A stretch of DNA of 64,000 nt from Mustelus asterias (taxonomy: Eukaryota): NCBI RefSeq assembly GCF_964213995.1, contig NC_135813.1, forward strand, positions 14,074,001 through 14,138,000, given 5' to 3'. A program made the position numbers and the translations under genes. The notes under the pieces were generated by a model. The model did no database searches and had not been told where the DNA came from. It was given only the letters and a program-made list of their open reading frames with translations. Below, in pieces: positions 24,197 through 37,500 of this stretch (position 1 is its first letter; the number at the start of each line of letters is the position of its first letter).

Positions 24197-25237
24197 TAGA
24201 AGTCTCACAACACCAGGTTAAAGTCCAACAGATTTATTTGGTAGCAAAAGCCACGAGCTTTCGGAGCACAGCTCCTTCGTCAGGTGAGTGGGATTTCAGT
24301 TCACAAACAGGGCATATAAAGACACAAACTCAATTTACAAAATAATGGTTGGAATGCGAGTCTTTACAGGTAATCAAGTCTTAAAGGTACAGACAATGTG
24401 AGTGGAGAGAGGGTTAAAGAGATGTGTATTGTCTTTAGCCAGGGCAGTTAGTGAGATTTTGCAAGCCCAGGCAAGTCGTGGGGGTTACAGACAGTGTGAC
24501 ATGAACCCAAGGTCCCGGTTGAGGCCGTCCTCATGTGTGCGGAACTTGGCTATCAGTCTCTGCTCAGCGACTCTGCACTGTCGTGTGTCGTGAAGGCCGC
24601 CTTGGAGAACACTTACCCGAAGATCAGAGGCCGAATGCCCATGACCGCTGAAGTGTTCCCAACAGGAAAAGAACACTCTTGCCTGGTGATTGTCGAGCGA
24701 TGTTCATTCATCCGTTGTCATAGCGTCTGCATGGTCTCCCCAACGTACCATGCCTTGGGACATCCTTTCCTGCAGCGTATCAGGTAGACAACGTTGGGGG
24801 TATACCTGGTGGATGGTGTTCTCACGTGAGATGATGGCATCCATGTCAATGATCTGGCACGTCTTGCAGAGGTTGCTGTGGCAGGGTTGTGTGGTGTCAT
24901 GGTCACTGTTCTCCTGAAGGCTGGGTAGTTTGCTGTGGACAATGGTCTGTTTGAGGTTGCGCGGTTGTTTGAAGGCAAGAGGTGGGGGTGTGGAGATAGC
25001 CTTGGCGAGATGTTCATCTTCGTCAATGACATGTTGAAGGCTCTGGAGAAGATGTCGTAGCTTCTCCGCTCCGCCGTGTCCCGTGTTTGTCTTCTGAGGA
25101 GGTCGGTGCAGTTTTTCGCTGTGGCGCGTCGGAACTGTCGATTGATGAGTCGAGCGCCATATCCTGTTCTTATGAGGGCATCTTTCAGCGTCTGGAGGTG
25201 TCTGTTGCAATCCTCCTCATCTGAGCAGATCCTGTGT
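24197..25237 (-). mobile_element. Penelope-like retroelement 3' part (RT C-terminus, GIY-YIG endonuclease, pLTR)
   Basis: RICSDEEDCNRHL, CKTC, NVVYLIRCRKGCPKAWYVGETMQTL, EHFSGHGH and LIAKFRTHEDGLNRD. Confidence 0.92.
24252..24286 (-). ncRNA. Minimal type I hammerhead ribozyme motif (PLE-associated)
   Basis: CAC CUGACGA A GGAGC UGU GCUCC GAAA GCUC GUG: intact core, stem I CAC/GUG, 5-bp stem II and palindromic AGCU stem III. Confidence 0.85.
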
Positions 25238-25704
25238 ATACAGGAGATTGTGTGCAAGCAGCCTAACGTGCTTGAGTCAGCAGGTTGGACCCAACTTCCT
25301 GATGCAGTCACATTTTCTTTGCTTTTAACCCTCCACCTGCACCTAAATCAATTGCTCCTCCAAGTTAAAATTCCCCCTGTTGTCTCAAAGTCATTGATGG
25401 CACAAATCCAAACTATTTTATGCAGATTTAAAATAGCTCCATTAATTACAATATTTATTGTTATACATCAATCTCAATTAAAAGATTTTTTTACAAAAAT
25501 CTTCTGCGATCCATTTACATTCATAAGTTTCAAATTATTTTAATCTTTCATAAAAAATCGAAATTACAGTAAAATGTTTTAAATTCTATGTAAAAAACTG
25601 AAAATGATATATTTGAATTTTGAAATTTCTATCGACAGATGTAATTTTTTGATCCCCCTTACTAAGTGATGCAAATAGAGAAATAACTAATAAAACCTCA
25701 TTTT

Positions 25705-25990
25705 TGAACCACCTTCCAAACCAGAAACATCTGCCACCTAGAAGGACAAGGCAGCAGACACATGGAACACCTGCAAGGTCCCCTCCAAGCCATACACCAT
25801 TCTGACTTGTAACTATATCACCGTCCTTCCCTGTTACTGGGTCAAAATCCTAGGACTTCCTCCCTGCAGAACATGCACTGCAATGGTTCAAGAAGGCAGC
25901 TCACCAACACCTCCTCAAGGGCAGTTGTGGACGGGCAATAAAAATTGTGGCCAGTGACGCCCACATCCCGTGAAATAATAATTTAAAAAA
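25705..25990 (+). mobile_element. CR1-clade family B 3' end
   Basis: Homologous to 44525-44838. Confidence 0.75.
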
Positions 25991-26039
25991 ACATTATCAC
26001 CGACAACACTTGCATGCCTTAATTAATAAAGGATTCTAG

Positions 26040-26793
26040 CATTTTATTTTCGGAGAACGATGTTGTTCACGCTTCAGTTTTTTATTAGATTACAGTGCTG
26101 GTAGATAGACTAGAAACAGCAGGCATGAACTTCGGAATGAAAAGTGAACATTAACAAAACCAAAGTGATGCATATCTCAAAATCACTGAGAAATATTCAT
26201 ATATTCATAGAAGGAATAGAGCTAGAACGGGTGCAGAATTCATGAATTTAGGAAGATGGTAGGCGCACTGAGGAAATAAGAACAATAATAGCAATGGGAA
26301 AGGTCTTGGTGAGAAGAGACGATTGCGATTGGAAAGCTGAATAACTCAAGAAGCAACTTGTAAAGAGTTGATTTGGAGTGTTGTTTGGATGTGAAACTTA
26401 GCCCTATAGAAAGAGATCAGACCAATTTGCTAAATAGCTTTGAAATGTGGGTTTGGAGGAAAATAAAAAGGATTAGTTGGATAAAAAAAGTAACAAATGA
26501 CGAAGTGCTGCGGAGGGTGAATGAAGAAATTTGATGAATACAATTAGGAACAGAGAGAGTATGAGTAGGGCACATCTTAAGAGGAAACAGACTTGAAAGA
26601 AACGTTATGGAGCAAAGGTTTCAAGGAAAAAGAGGAAGAGGAAGAAAGAAAATATCAATGCTGGATGACTTGAAAATTGAAAGAAGTTATTGACAAATGA
26701 AAAGACTGGCACAGGATAGAGGGATATGGAAAGACTACTATGAGTCAAGAACCTGCCTTCAGGCAAAGCACACATGATGACTATGATCATGAT
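26040..26793 (+). mobile_element. RTE-clade LINE 3' fragment
   Basis: LNSFEMWVWRKIKRISW, VTNDEVLRRV, GHILRG and GKRGRGR, ending in a (TGA)n-like tail. Confidence 0.8.
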
Positions 26794-28261
26794 AGATTAT
26801 TTACTTGACAAGATCCCAAATATAACATGAGTAATGTTCTATTAGTAGGCACAGACACGGTTCAAACAACAATGTTAGAATATTTGCAATGAAAGGTCAT
26901 TGACCCAAAATGTTAACTCAGTTTCCCTCTCATCACGTACTGCCTGGTCTGCTGAGTATTTCCTGCAATTCTTTTGGTTTTATTGCAAGAATAGTTTTGC
27001 TCTTGATCAACAGGTTATTTTAGGCTAGATTTTCCATTTGGATCTTGACCCTACACCATGTTGGGAATAGTCTCCCGACATGATTTTTAAAGAAATTGGT
27101 AATTAATGGTTACAGGGTGCACTTGCTGTCTGGTGGGCTCGTGACACTGGAAGGTCAATAGGAGGCCATCTAGCAATGATAGAGCTGCAGCCTGCTGCCA
27201 CAGATAAGAGAAAGAGGGATGTGCTCTTTTAGCACTGTTAACATTGATATCAGTAAAAATGCTTCAGCTGTCTGACCAACTTTATGGAGGGAGAGCCTTT
27301 CCACAAGCCTTGTGGTCATTCATCATCATTGGCAATAAGGGAGATTGTAAAACGAATCCAGAGCACTGGGCCCCTCAGTTTACCTCTGGGAGGACACCTT
27401 TCTCTAGGCATCAGCCATCGGAAGGGGACTGCCTGCTGTAATAATTTTGTTCACCAGTTAAGGGAAAAACAACAACATGTTTATTTACAGGTAAAAGTGA
27501 TACAGAGGCTTGCAGCCTCAAGGTTGCATACAGCTCCCAAGAAGGATCTAAAGAAACCCAAGCTCACCAGGGTGATACCCACCCTGCTCCCAAATAAGCT
27601 TCTGAGTCATGTGATCCTTACTCTGCAGATGGATCCTTAAAGGGACAATCATCACATCCCTCCCCTTCTAAGTCCTTTTATACAAATGTCAGTATTAAAT
27701 GTATACATTCCCAGATAATTAAGCATTTAATACATTAATTTAGTTAATTATAAACTAAGTATTTCAGGGGTTTTCTGAATCCTTGCAGAGCGGCACAGCC
27801 CTTCTGTCTGGGGTGCTTCCACAGGATAGCTGTCAGCCAAAACCACAATGATAAATGCTTCGTCAGGTACAGGCAATTCAGTTCCATCAATTTCCATAGA
27901 GACATTGGTTGTGCCTGCCACAGGACAACCAGTTACTTCAGTGCTTGGATAGTCGATAACATTCCCAGATAGCGATATAGCTCCTGATGGCAGTACTGGC
28001 TGCTGGGCCAACTCTCGCTCTCTCGAATGATCTACGCGTTACCGGATGATCCTTTCTTCTGCATCCACTTGATAAGGTAGGGATCCAGTTTAGGATATAA
28101 TGACTCCAGGGACATAATTCCTCACATACACAGCTTCATCCACTGAAAATGACCGTGTTGACCTGCATGAATTATGATTTTCTCTTTTGACTGCTGGCCT
28201 CTACCCTCCCCGGCAAATTTGGAAACACAATGCTCTTTCTCGTTCTGAGACAATGGTTCAT

Positions 28262-28374
28262 TAACAATGTGGTTGACTCTCAACTGCCCTCCAATGGCAA
28301 CTTGGGATGGGCAATAAATGCTGGCCAGCCAATGAAGCCCATGTTCCACAAATGAATAAAAAAAAAAAAAAAAA
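28262..28374 (+). mobile_element. 3' part of SINE with CR1 family-B tail
   Basis: CAATGTGGTTGACTCT..GGGATGGGCAATAAATGCTGGCC..GAATA(n); homologous to 48588-48833. Confidence 0.7.
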
Positions 28375-29733
28375 TAACAACCCTGTTGGCAGGACTCTTG
28401 TTGCTGTCAGTGGTGTAGTCCTAAAGCCCAGAAGGAATCATAAGATTCTGGTCTCCAGGGTCTCAAAGATTGCCTCTTTAAGTCAGGCTTAAAGGTTTGG
28501 ATGGTTTGTTCAGCTACGCTGTTGGATGCTGGGTGGGAAAGCGCAGTCCTAATATGCTTGATACCATTGAGGGCAGTGAAGTTCTGAAACTTGGCACTTG
28601 TGAAGGCTGTTCCATTATCAGACACTGTGCAGTCTGCAACCTGCGATCGACCGGAATAGGGGTGGAAGGGGGCATGATTGGCAGGTCCGTGCATTGGGGG
28701 GAGTGGGGGGGAAATCAGCCACGGAGGCCAGCGATAGCTGGAGGAAGACAGTGACAGATCTGCGATTGCGCCCTCTGCTGTGAGCTGCTGGCTTCCCGCA
28801 AGCTTAGGCCCCACCCCGTCTCCCTGCTGGTGGGAAACAGATATTGCTTCATTTTTTGCTCAGAGTGTGACAAGATTGGATTTTTAACTCGCCCAAAAAT
28901 TTATTGACACCAAAAACGATTGATAATCCTTCTTCCTCAATTTATGAGTAGCTTTTTTTGGCTTCTGAGAGGGTTCTTGAGACATACCCTATTGGCCTTT
29001 CAGATCCATCGCCTATCTTATGGCACAACATTGCATCAATGCTTATGAAGAGTCATCATAGGTTAACACCAATTTCTCAGATGAAATGTACTAACAAGTT
29101 CAAAGAATGCAACAATTGTTTTACTCTGGAAAGCTTCTTTCTGGGGAGTCTTCCCAAACCTATGCTGGTATATCTTTAGCAGTGTATACAAGGGGGTCAA
29201 TAACGTTGACAAAAATTGGTTTAAAAAAACACCCAAAGTAATTGACCATTCTTAAAAATGACGAGCTCAGATGTGTCTTTGGGGCTGGTGCCTCCTGTAT
29301 GGCCCTGACCTTGTCTTCCATGGGTGTAATCCCTCTGCATCTACACGGTCTCTCACGTAGGCTACCTCGGTGGCTTCGAAAGTACATTTCCCTTTCTCGA
29401 GGTGAACTCCAGCCTCTTAAAATCTCTTTAGCACCTCCTCGAAGTTAGTTTGATGCTCAACTTCTGTCAATCCAGTTATAAGAACATCATCAAGATATAC
29501 TATAACTTGTGGTAGTCCTTGTAATACTTTCCATTGTCCTCTGGAAAATGACATATGCTGAAAATGGCAGGCACATATATTGGATTAAATCTTTGTTGTG
29601 TTTATCATGGCATCAACCTCAGAAAGCATAGTCTAATTCAAGTTGTGATGTGGAGATGCCGGCATTGGACTGGGGTAGGCACAGTAAGTAGCCTCACAAC
29701 ACCAGGTTAAAGTCCAACAGGTTTATTTGGTAG

Positions 29734-29768
29734 CACGAGCTTTCGGAGTGCTGCTCCTTCATCAGGTG
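29734..29768 (-). ncRNA. Minimal hammerhead ribozyme motif
   Basis: CAC CUGAUGA A GGAG CAGCA CUCC GAAA GCUC GUG. Confidence 0.8.
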
Positions 29769-29771
29769 AGT

Positions 29772-29806
29772 CACCTGATGAAGGAGCAGTGTTCCGAAAG
29801 CTCGTG
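29772..29806 (+). ncRNA. Minimal hammerhead ribozyme motif
   Basis: CAC CUGAUGA A GGAGC AGU GUUCC GAAA GCUC GUG. Confidence 0.8.
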
Positions 29807-30229
29807 CTACCAAATAAACCTGTTGGACTTTAACCTGGTGTTGTGAGACTTCTTACTAATTCATGTTGCTGATATGCGTGATTCATATCCCGTTTTGTAC
29901 AAGATTGACTTCTGGCCAATTTTGCATACAGGTCTTCAATTTTCAGGATTGGATATTTATCCAACTTGGCAGCCTGATTAACTGTGAACTTATTGTCCCC
30001 ACAAATGCTGGCTTCAACACAGTGTCTATGGGTGCTACCCATTTCACAACTGAACTGGCTGGATAATGTCCAGTTCTTCCAATCTGTTTAATTCAGTATC
30101 CACTTTTTCTTCAACTGCAGGTCTTTTTCTTGTCTAACCTGTCGCTGAAGAGGCTCTCATATTTCTTCATCAGTTCGAGCAGTCCTTCCCGGACATGGAA
30201 AATCTCGGTCCAAATGATACATTATATAT

Positions 30230-30960
30230 ATATATATTGCATGTTTTTTATGTTTCAAGGTAATGTTTTTAAAGCTCAGCATTTTTCTATAGGTGGTGAA
30301 TATGTCTGGTAGGACTATAGTTCAGATGCTGGGGGTGCTGGAAAATTACTCATTTCAACCTTGCAAAGTGGTTAAGTAGAGTTAATGGACTTTTATTTAC
30401 TTAAATTCCCCTGAGATTTTAAATTAGAAAGATTAACATGGTCATGCAAAGTTGGGGTTTATGTGCAGTCCTGAATCTGTAGCAAAGAAAGAAACAGGTT
30501 ATTGCAGAAAAAGAGTTGGAGTTTGGCCCTTCTGGTTGAGGTTAGGAGAGATTTGTAGGCTTCTGAAAGCTCTATGTCACTCTGAAAACTCAAAGGCTGT
30601 CTACACCCATTATAGCAAGTATATTTGTGATTGCTAACCATATTTAAAATAGGTTTTAAGTCTGTAAGAAGAATGTTGCTTATTTGGAATGGAAATAGAG
30701 ATAAGTCAAAAATTAAGAGTTGTTTCTTTTCATGTTTAAAGATTGTTAAAATGTTAAGAGTTAAGCTGCTTCATTTTGTCAGAGTTATATTTAAACTATA
30801 CTTTGAATAAAGCTTGTTTTGATTAAATATCCCTAAATTGTTGGTGGAATTACTCCTAGGGCGAAGCATCTTTTTTTCACATTTATGCAAAAATAGAAAA
30901 ATTGTTGGGCTCTAGTCTGGTTTCACAATACATCTTGGGGTTCTGGTCCAGCACTCTAAA
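30230..30960 (+). mobile_element. Probable solo LTR nested in the Gypsy element
   Basis: AATAAAGCTTGTTTTGAT and a CTTGGGGTTCTGGTCC end, resembling the 18093-18843 LTR. It interrupts pol between PR and RT. Confidence 0.5.
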
Positions 30961-32349
30961 ACTATTATTACTGGGAACTGGGCAGACTGTTGCACATAGC
31001 TTACAGGTACTGTGTTGTGCCCATTATTTTTATGGCATCTCCTGTGTCGGTTGTTAACTTTGCTGTGGTAAATTCAATGGCTGGGCTCCTTCTCTCAAGC
31101 ACCGAAATGTATGTTGACCTATTGCAGTAGCAGATGCCCCGGTGTCTACTTCCATCCTAAGAGGTTTTCCATTTACCAGGTGCATTACAGTAATGGGGCG
31201 ATCTTGCCTGCTTTCTCATTAAACAGGGAGTGAACATTTAAATCATTGGTGCTAGCTTCTTCCACATTATACACTTATGACATTCTACTTAATTGGCTAC
31301 TGGGTAGACTAGACTTGCTTTTGCACATGATGACTTAAATGGCCTGTCCTATGACAGAAACAAAAATCAGCCTCTTTAAACCCATAGGATTCAGGAATAT
31401 TCTGCTTTAATCTTTGCCAATTGATTTCCTCTTTTAAATCTTTTTGTTTTATTTGTGGCTGAATTTGCTTCCCGCTTCACCACTACATCTTTGTTTTTAG
31501 AGCCACTGCTGACTGCAGGTTCCCACTCTAACTGGTGAACAATCCATTTTACACGCTTTGTAACTCTTGTGCATCCTTTTCAGTGCTCTCCATTGCCAGT
31601 GCTATCTCCAATGCGTGCTTAAAATTTATATCTGCCACTGCTAGTAACTTCCATTGAATAGATTCATTATTCACCCCACAGACTAATCTGTCCCACAGCA
31701 TTTCAAAGTGGCTCCAAAGGCGTAGTGCTCCCAGACTTGCTTCAACTTGGTGATATAAATCGCAATAGGTTCCCCTAGGTCTCCCCCCTTTGAATTAAAC
31801 TTAAACCTCTGCAATACGACCAATGGTTTTGAATGGTAATGTGACTTTACCAATTCGACAATCTCACTGAATGACTTGGAGTTGGGTGCGCTTGAGGGTA
31901 CAAGGCTGCAAATCAAATTGTAAGCCTGGGTCCCACATGCACATAGGAATATTGACTTTTTCTTCCCCTCCTCCCCCATTCTGTTTGCCTGAAAGTAATA
32001 ACCCAAATGCCCAACGTATTGTGTCCAATCCTCCATGGAGACATTAAACTCATCTATCCAAATCGGGGCATTTTCTAATTACTCTTTTTTGCCTCAACTT
32101 TGACGGAAACTGTATTCTCACAGTTAGAGGCTCGCTCTTAACCTCGTCTACACCATCTAGTCTGACACATCAGAAGAATGCTGAAGCATTATTGCAGTGG
32201 TGTCCTTTCGGATAAGATCCCTAAAATTCTGGCCTTGTGTACCTCCAATTTTCTTTTCCTATCATGTCTTCAGCCTCCTTGGCCCTAAATTCTGCCTAAT
32301 CCTCTGTAAATCTGTATTCTTTGTATCCTTGTCCCTTGCCCACATCCAA

Positions 32350-33934
32350 TATTTATGGAATTACACCATGGCCACCCTGCGATTTCAAAAATGAAAATGC
32401 TAGCCAGGAGCTATGTAAGGTGGCCTGGTCTTGATGCAGACATTACTGACTTGATCAAACAGTGTGAGTCGTGCCAGGAGAACCAAAATCTGCCCTCCTC
32501 AGCCTCCCTACATCCAGGGAGTGGCCTGGTAGGCCCTGGGTGTGTGTGCATCTGGACTTCGCCAGGTTTTCTATGGGTTCCATGTTCTTAATTGCGGCTG
32601 ATGTGCACTCCAAATAGTTGGAAATACCTCGCATGAGCTCCACTTTCCGTGCTAACATTGAGAAACGATGACAAATTTTTTGTATGCACAGGATATCTGA
32701 AGTCTTGGTCTCTGACAATAGCACTGCCTTTACTAGCACCGAGTTTCAGACCTTTATGCTTTCCAATGGAAGCAAACACATTAGGACAACACCCTATCAC
32801 CCGTCATCAAATGGGTTGGCTGAACAGGCGGTGCAGACTTTTAAGTTTAGCATTAAATAGCAGCCCACGGCATCCAGAGACCAAACCCGCGTGGTTTTCA
32901 TTCAATTACAGGACAACCCTAATCAACAACAGGATCATTCCAGTGGAATTGTTAATAGGATGGAGGCTTCAGACAAAATTAAGCCGACTGTTCTCAAGCC
33001 TGGCGGGGAGGGTGGAGTCCCAACAAGAGAACCAGAAGAACATAAGAACATAAGAAATAGGAGCAGGAGTAGGCCATCTAGCCCTTCGAGCCTGCCCCGC
33101 CATTCAATAAGATCATGGCTGATCTGAAGCGAATCAGTTCCACTTAACCGCCTGCTCCCCATAACCCCATAAGAAGAATTATGATTCGGCAAAGAAGAAA
33201 GAACGTTCAAAACTGGCGAGCAGGTCTATGTGACGAAGTTTGGGGATGGTCTCAGTTGGGTCCCTGGGATTATAATGGAAAAAACAGGGCTCATGTCTTA
33301 TAACGTCCAGGTGCAGGGCAAAGTTCTGAGGAAGCACCTGAACCACCTCAGGAGTAGGGAGGCTACACCAGTGCAGGCCTCACTAACAGCCATGGAGACG
33401 ACCACTGCCAGCATTGAGCCACGACTAGAGGTCGACCCTACGCCAGGTGGATTCTGAAGTTGAAGCAGAAGAGACTAGCATTCCAACTGCAGCAAGTTCT
33501 CAGGAAGAACTGGCATCTGTGGCTTTACAGCGCTCCCCTTGGAAGCAAAGGTCTCCAACTTGCTTCACATCCAGATCCATTCCTGCCTCCAATTGGCCCC
33601 AGACCAATAACCAAGCAGCAGAAAAGGCCCTCCTGTGTAGATTGTGCTGTAGAAAAAACAGACTTGAGGGGGGAAGGATGTTATGATGGCCACAGGGGAA
33701 TGTCAATAGATCTCCCTGTGGGCCTCATCAAGTACGAGCTCCCCTATTAAGTGAGTGGAGGCTTACCCAATAGAGAAAGAGCAGCAGAGGGGTTTAAAAC
33801 CAGCTAGTTCCACTCAGGCCAGCAGTCGAAAGATTCCAGGGCTTCACCTGTACTTTGAAGCTGCAGAAGCAGTACTTCATGTATGTTGCAAATAAAGGGT
33901 GCCGGTGACGCAAGATTGGCCTCGGTGAATTACA
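32350..33934 (+). mobile_element. Gypsy integrase region, PPT and 3' LTR
   Basis: HHCC zinc finger ELHHGHP..CESC, then SDNSTAFTS and PYHPSSNGLAEQAVQTFK. PPT GAGGGGGGAAGGA at 33666-33678; LTR 33679-33934 (TG..CA, AATAAA). A CR1 tail is inserted at about 33035-33170. Confidence 0.88.
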
Positions 33935-34227
33935 TAGAATAGAATCCCTAAAGTGCAGAAGGAGGATGTTCGGCCTATTGTGCCTGCATGGATACAACAA
34001 ACCCACCCAGGCCCTATCCCCGTATCCCCACGTATTTACCCTGCTAATCCCGCTGAAATTTAGTGTGGCCAATCCACCTAACCCAGACATCTTTAGACTG
34101 TGGCAGGAAACCCACGCATACACGGGGAGGATCTGCAAACGCCACACGAACAGTCACCTGTTTGAGGCTGGAATTGAACCCGGGTCTCTGGCGCTGTGAG
34201 GCAGCAGTGCTAACCACTGTGCCACCC
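33935..34227 (-). mobile_element. HE1-type tRNA-derived V-SINE, near full length
   Basis: GGTGGCACAGTGGTTAGCACTGCTGCCTCACAGCGCC (A box), GGTTCAATTCC (B box), V-core, and a CR1-like (ATTCT)n tail. Confidence 0.88.
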
Positions 34228-34231
34228 TGGA

Positions 34232-34560
34232 GAATTGAAAAAAGTAAGGAGGTTATGCTTCAGTTATATGAAGCACTACTGAGACCACATCTGGAGTATT
34301 GTGTACAGAAGTGGTCACCTTATTTAAGTAAGGATGTAAATGTGTTGGAAGGTTTACCAGACTAATACCTGGAATGGGCGGGTTACCTTATGAGAAAAAG
34401 TTGAACAGGCTAAGGTTGTAGCTCCTGGAGTTTAGAAGAGTAACAGGCAACTAGATTGTCACCTTTAAGATCCTGAGGGGTCTTGACAAGATGGATGTGA
34501 TGAGGATGTTTCTCTTGTGAGAGAATCTGGTGCGAGGGGTTACTGTTTAAAAATAGGAGG
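34232..34560 (+). mobile_element. CR1 ORF2 C-terminal fragment (resumes briefly at about 37708)
   Basis: KSKEVMLQLYEALLRPHLEYCVQKWSPYL. Confidence 0.8.
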
Positions 34561-37500
34561 TTTCAGGGGTCACAAAAGCGGTTGTGTTTTCGCAAACTCT
34601 GGTGCTACTCATCTTTTAATCGGTTTTTATCCTGATTCACAACGCATAATTATCTGATCCTGATGTATAAAATCTGTGCTATGTTCCTGGAAGATCCTGG
34701 CTGAATTTTGGCAAAGGGGAGCAGAGTTAAGTCAAGAAAACCCTGGTTTGATTGAGGCAATCGCAGACAGCTGGGGTGTGGCCCAGTTCACAGTGGCAGT
34801 TTTGCTGATGAGCTTATGCTTTGGTGATGCTGTTGACTTCGAGATGATAGCCACCATTAAAGTGAAGTTGTGGATGATGGTCTCAGCTCCCCTACACAGA
34901 TTTATGGTGCTCATATTGATGAACTGGGTTTTATCCTAAAGAGAATGGATGAAGTGGAGAAGAGAATCCTATCAATGGAGGGAGAAGTTTCCTCAGTGGG
35001 GGCTCACCTTCAGTCCTTGGAAATCCTGCTGCATGGCGTGTCGTACATCCTGGCTCACTCAGGGAGATGGAGCTGGTCTCCCGGGGGGATGCATTCCTAG
35101 CTAAATTTGAGAACTGATTGCTATGCTTTCAGAATCTCGTTTTGAGGGCTAGGTGTCTCAAGTTCAATAAAGTACATTGTACCCGGTCTTCTAGGCATGG
35201 GGTTGGTCGAAGACTCCAAGCACTGTCTTACACTGTCTAGTCCTCTGCGTTTGTTGAGAAGGGTTGGAGGCGGCCAGACGTGTCAGCTCCTTGTCCCCCA
35301 CCGGGGCCTAGGCTTTTCTTTGCCGGGGCTTCGGGACGACGATATGATGGCGGTGCAGAGGCTTCGGTGAAACTCTGGATGGATCCCAGATGCTGCTCGG
35401 CGATCCTGTCATGGCTTTGGCCCTTTCAAGCTCCGTGGATGGATATGTTATCCTGCAGTTATCACCAACCCTGAACTTTGTTCCCTTGAGATTATAAATC
35501 TGATTTTGTGATGTTGTCTTTTATCCAGACAAGGGTGTATGATATATGAGCATAAATGCTCCTGTTATACTGTGAAAATCAGGATTGTCTATTTTTCCTT
35601 CTCGATGATATTCGCCCACTGATATCCTCAAGCAATGGAATGAGGGAGGCTATGGTTTGTGAGTCTCCTTCTTTCCATTGAGGAGTATGCTCAGTTGGTC
35701 GTATGACATGAGGGCTGTGCAATATTTACCTGGTTTGCTTTTTTTAAAAAAATGTGTTGTAATCCATGCTCTTACACTGAGGGAGTACAATTTTTAGTCC
35801 CCTTCACCTTATGTTTTAGATGAGTAACACCACAGGAAGGTCGTGGGTAGGTGGTTTGGTACAGAGATGACTGGTATGGCAGTCCTCATTGTGGGTGGGG
35901 AGAAACCCCCGTTAGAACTATTGGGGTCATACTTTACTTTTGTAATTTTGTTGCTCTGGGATTTAGAAATCCTGGCTTGTTTCTTGAGAAAGTACAGACA
36001 GATCATGTATCCTGGAAAAGACCAGGTTCTTTTTTTTTTGTCTTGGCGTCTCTGGTGTTGCTGAAGCGGGGGACCTATATTCTGGTGCACGCGTGGGCAT
36101 AGTTGACCAATCCTTGGATATCCAGCCTTGTAGGGTTGGTCTTTTATTTTGATTTGACTGCACAAGTAGTGGCAGTGGTTACTTGATTACTTGGCTCATG
36201 GAATGTATGGCGGACATATTATCCAGTTGTTAGGGTTTCTCTGATGTGGGGAAATGGGTTGAATTGCATTGATAGTGAGGCCCAAATGGTGTCTCTAGGG
36301 TACCGAGAGAAAGGGATAGTTTGCTTTGTTCAATGCATAAGAGTGATGTGAATATTCTTGACTTGCTGGCCCTTGGTATGCTGTTGAGCAGGTTACGGCA
36401 GTAGCGGGTGTGTTTGACCGGGGCATGTTAGATGGGGGAGTAAGCTGCCCTCCTCAAATACGTTCTCTTCTGGGGGTTTCTGGACTGTTCGCCTTTTTGA
36501 GACTTGGTTCTCCTGGAGATGTAGTGCCCTGTTAGCCACGGGACCAGAGTCCGAATCTGGGTGTTTCGGTTCAGCATTGTTGGAGTCTCTCTTCGGTTGG
36601 ATATTAGGCTGGTTGGAGGAGAATGTCACCTCCTCTAAATGGTCTTATATGGAGACTTCTAGTCTGTCCATCTTCTAGTTTGGGCCCCCCTGGGGAGGGC
36701 AGTATATTGTTCCTTGTGAGACTATTCTGCTCTCTTCCTGGTATCCTTCATGAAAAAGTGAATGCTTAAAGACTACATCTATGCCGGAATTTTACCGGCA
36801 CGCCCACCCCGAGCCTCGCAGAACGGCATTCTCCATTGGCCTCGGGCAGGATCTTACAAGCCTCGGGTGGGCGAGGCAGTAAAATTCCGGCACTAGCATT
36901 TATTGAATAATTCTGGTGCTCCTCTCTCTTTGGAGCTCCCATTTTTTAAATGGGGTGGGTGGGGTGTTGCTATGGGCTCTGATATGTTATAGTTAATCTA
37001 GAGGGTTTCCCTTATCTTGTTGGAGGAGGGTGGTGGTATCTCTTCACAAGGTACTCTGGTGCTGATGGGTGTCTTGACAATTCTTCTTCTCCTCATCAAT
37101 AGGGTTTCTTTAATGGAATATGATTTAAATTCTCTGGTGATGAGTGACCTGTTCAGTGCTTCTGTTTGGCTGGAGAGGAGGGAGGTTGTTGTGTTCCGAG
37201 CCTAGGTGAGGTGTATGAATTCTTGGCTTATTGGTTACTGCACATGAGAGCATATACTGACACATCACATCTTGTACCAATGGCAGTATCCTGATGTTCC
37301 CCTTTTTCTGGGTTATCCTTTTATTGCTTGGATGTCCTGGGATGCTGTTAGGCCCCAGTTGGTTGTATATTACCCCATAAGGGATCCCGTATATTGTGTA
37401 GCTCTGTCTCAGTTATCCTGTGGAGGAGGGTGTGCACCATGTTGCCCTGTGCTCATGGTTTTACCCTGTTATCCTGAGATCCCCCACCCTTTCTGATATC

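Larger units (their letters stand above)
29646..29855. mobile_element. PLE pLTR fold-back insertion inside Gypsy RT
   Basis: Arms of about 86 bp centred on 29770. TSD CTAATTCA(A/T)GTTG at 29633-29645 and 29856-29868. Confidence 0.9.
27448..32157 (-). mobile_element. Decayed Gypsy LTR retrotransposon (gag-PR-RT-IN-PPT-3'LTR) with nested insertions
   Basis: gag EDWTQYV at 31683-32036; CCHC knuckle near 31340; protease MEVDTGA near 31150; RT KLDKYPILKIEDLYAKL near 29950; integrase SDNGTAFTS near 28600; PPT GAAGGGGAGGGA at 27657-27668, then LTR TGTGATG. Confidence 0.85.

Noticed and set aside
34160-34227. tRNA-like A/B boxes (also near 38600 and 50650)
   Set aside because: They are SINE heads continuing into SINE bodies, not tRNA genes.
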